Assembly (NCBI GenBank): GCA_028820505.1
Contig: JAPPIT010000034.1
Coordinates: 25,565-89,564, forward strand
DNA from: Defluviicoccus sp.
GTDB taxonomy: Bacteria > Pseudomonadota > Alphaproteobacteria > MPNO01
Length of the DNA stretch: 64,000 nt
Reading direction: 5' to 3'
Of this stretch, positions 62,233 through 64,000 are shown piece by piece. The translations under genes and the position numbers were made by a program. The notes under the pieces are model-generated. The model was given only the letters and a program-made list of their open reading frames with translations. It did no database searches and was not told the DNA's origin. Each line of letters starts with the position of its first letter. Within the stretch, counting starts at the first letter, position 1.

Positions 62233-63852
62233 ATGCCTGCAATCGACGACGAGCCCAACGTCCGGCCGGAGGTGCAGATGAGCGGCGGAGTCGTGCCCGA
62301 GGGCTACCGGGTCTATCCGCCCCGGGTGAACATGTACGCCGAAACGGTGGGCCGGGCCATCGCCGCCGGGTGCGGCGGGCGGCCTGCCCTGGCGTGGGAC
62401 GGCGGCGCGCTGACCTATGACGAGCTCGACCGCGCGGTCGGACGAGCGGCCGCGGGATTGCTCGCGGCGGGTCTCGCCGAGGGCGATGCGGTCCTGCTGC
62501 GGTCCGACAACCGGCCGGCCTATCCGATTCTCGCTTTGGCGGCCTTCCGGATCGGCGCGGTCGCGGTGATGTCGAGCTCGCTATTGACGCAGGACGAGGT
62601 TGCCTACCTGCTGGAGAATTCTGGCGCGCGGATCGCCGCGGCGCCGGCCGATCTGGCGGCGCCGCTCGAGGCGTTGCTGGACGAGGGCGCGCTCGACCGG
62701 CTGGTGATCGTCGACGGACCCGCCGAGGGCGAAGGGCTCGTCTCCTACGACTCCTTCGACGGCCTCTCCCCGGTCGGCTGGACTGCCGATACCGAGGCGA
62801 TGGCGCCGGCCTTCATGGTCTATTCCTCGGGCACCACGGGCCGTCCCAAGGGGATCCTGCACGGCCATCGCTGGGCGATCGCGCTGGGCGACCCGGTGGT
62901 CCTGCACAACGAGTACGCGCCGGGCGACGTGACCATGACGCCAGGCGAGTTCAGCTTCATGGGCACCTTCGGCAACAATTTCATCGGCCCGCTGCGCGCC
63001 GGAGCGACGATCGCGCTGTTCTTCGAGCGGGCGAGCCCGCGCCCGGTTCTGGAAGCCGTCGCCCGGTTCGGGGTGAACAAGTTCCTGAGCGTTCCCACGT
63101 TCTACCGCCGCATACTGTCCGAACCCGGGGTCGAGGACGGGCTCGACCTGTCGGCGGTGCGCTATTTCATGAGCGCCGGGGAGTCGCTCGGCTCGAGCGT
63201 CCCGGAGCAGTGGTCGCACCGTTTCGACTTTCCCTTGTACGAGATCTACGGCGTCTCCGAGGTCATGACCTGCATGGCCAACACCGCCTACAACGAGGTC
63301 AGGTGGGGCTCGATGGGAAAGGCCCTGCCGGGCTACCGGATGACGATCATGGACGACCGGCTGGAGCCGGTCGCCGTCGGCGAGTCGGGCCGGCTGATGA
63401 TCCACCGCGACGATCCCGGCATGTTCCTCTGCTACTACAAGCAGTGGGACAAGTGGCGGGCCGCCCACAAGGGCGATTGGTACGACACCGGCGACGTGAT
63501 GCGCCAGGACGGGGACGGCTACTACTATTTCCTCGGGCGCAAGGACGATTTGTTCAAGTCGCGCGGCTATTTCATCTCGCCGCAGGAGGTCGAGAACGCG
63601 CTGCTCAAGCACGCGGCGATCGCCGAGGCTGCGGTGATCGGCATACCCGACGATGCCTTCGGCAACCGGATCGCCGCTTTCGCCAGGCTGGCCGGCGGCA
63701 ACGCCGCGTCCGACGCGCTGAAAGGCGAGATCCTGGAGGACGCGGCGCGGCGCCTGGCGCCCTACAAGGTGCCCAAGTCGCTGGAATTCCTCGACGAAAT
63801 CCCCAAGAACGCGGTCGGCAAGATCCTGCGCAGCGCGCTTGCCGCCGACTGA
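62233..63852 (+). CDS. AMP-dependent synthetase/ligase (acyl- or aryl-CoA synthetase)
   Basis: AMP-binding motif YSSGTTGRPKG; …YGVSE…; …DWYDTGD…; C-terminal lysine motif PKNAVGKILR; alternative start at 62278 (GGAGGTG SD). Confidence 0.85.
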   Translation: MPAIDDEPNVRPEVQMSGGVVPEGYRVYPPRVNMYAETVGRAIAAGCGGRPALAWDGGALTYDELDRAVGRAAAGLLAAGLAEGDAVLLRSDNRPAYPILALAAFRIGAVAVMSSSLLTQDEVAYLLENSGARIAAAPADLAAPLEALLDEGALDRLVIVDGPAEGEGLVSYDSFDGLSPVGWTADTEAMAPAFMVYSSGTTGRPKGILHGHRWAIALGDPVVLHNEYAPGDVTMTPGEFSFMGTFGNNFIGPLRAGATIALFFERASPRPVLEAVARFGVNKFLSVPTFYRRILSEPGVEDGLDLSAVRYFMSAGESLGSSVPEQWSHRFDFPLYEIYGVSEVMTCMANTAYNEVRWGSMGKALPGYRMTIMDDRLEPVAVGESGRLMIHRDDPGMFLCYYKQWDKWRAAHKGDWYDTGDVMRQDGDGYYYFLGRKDDLFKSRGYFISPQEVENALLKHAAIAEAAVIGIPDDAFGNRIAAFARLAGGNAASDALKGEILEDAARRLAPYKVPKSLEFLDEIPKNAVGKILRSALAAD

Positions 63853-63862
63853 ACCGGCCGCG

Positions 63863-64000
63863 CTACCAGGTCTCGTCGGGGCGCGGATAGTTGACCGGGT
63901 TGCCCTCGTGATAGACCGGCGTGCGCTTTTCGAGGAACGCGCTCAGCCCTTCGGCGCAAGCCTGGGTGCGCGACAGCTCCAGCACCCGGTCGATCTCCAG
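63863..64000 (-). CDS. enoyl-CoA hydratase/isomerase (crotonase) family protein, C-terminal part, partial at the window edge
   Basis: Minus-strand frame reads LEIDRVLELSRTQACAEGLSAFLEKRTPVYHEGNPVNYPRPDETW*, with the crotonase C-terminal 'EG..AFLEKR.P.F' signature; continues beyond the window. Confidence 0.5.
   Translation of the reverse strand: MEIDRVLELSRTQACAEGLSAFLEKRTPVYHEGNPVNYPRPDETW

Noticed and set aside
59174-62242. 1022-aa minus-strand ORF
   Set aside because: Real hyuA begins at ATG 61312 (IAGLDIGGTFSD ASKHA N-terminus). The upstream about 310 codons are antisense to the creatininase gene and are compositionally junk.
1-64000. CRISPR arrays, rRNA/tRNA genes, intact IS elements or integrases
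   Set aside because: No short regularly spaced repeats, no rRNA/tRNA signatures and no intact transposase/integrase were found. Only the istB tail and helicase fossil indicate past mobile-element activity.

Overview
High-GC (~65%) catabolic gene neighbourhood, most likely from an alphaproteobacterium, with no rRNA, tRNA or CRISPR that I could find. Supportable content from left to right:

- a TRAP transporter (DctPQM) next to a GbcA/CntA-like Rieske oxygenase;
- an N,N-dimethylformamidase-large-subunit-like protein, and a CoxMSL-type molybdenum hydroxylase that is not form-I CODH;
- an iron/2-AEP-type ABC importer with a split TPP decarboxylase (ComDE-like) embedded in the operon;
- a carbazole-type (CarAa/CarBaBb/CarC-like) Rieske + two-subunit LigAB extradiol dioxygenase + meta-cleavage hydrolase cluster with two M20 amidohydrolases;
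- a degraded RecD2-like helicase fragment;
- a LysR-controlled operon of two paralogous amidohydrolases flanking a NitT/TauT-family ABC importer plus a TauE/SafE exporter;
- a patchwork 'island' (31.4-36.7 kb) containing a DUF924-anti-sigma-kinase fusion, a TbpB-like lipoprotein, an IS21 istB remnant, a frameshifted Ser/Thr kinase and a PP2C phosphatase;
- 4-hydroxyproline epimerase-like, LLM monooxygenase, OYE reductase and GhrA-like dehydrogenase genes; a third Rieske oxygenase with cupin and FAH genes; a BCCT transporter;
- a complete heterotetrameric sarcosine oxidase operon (soxBDAG); a VanA-like fourth Rieske oxygenase with a cytoplasmic GGT; a 2OG oxygenase;
- N-methylhydantoinase (HyuAB), creatininase, an acyl-CoA synthetase and a partial crotonase gene.

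The overall theme is uptake and catabolism of N-methylated and nitrogenous compounds and aromatics. Many long GC-driven antisense ORFs in the six-frame track are spurious. The most novel-looking candidates are the amidohydrolase/ABC/TauE operon, the ABC importer with the embedded TPP decarboxylase, and the DUF924-HATPase fusion in the IS-scarred island.
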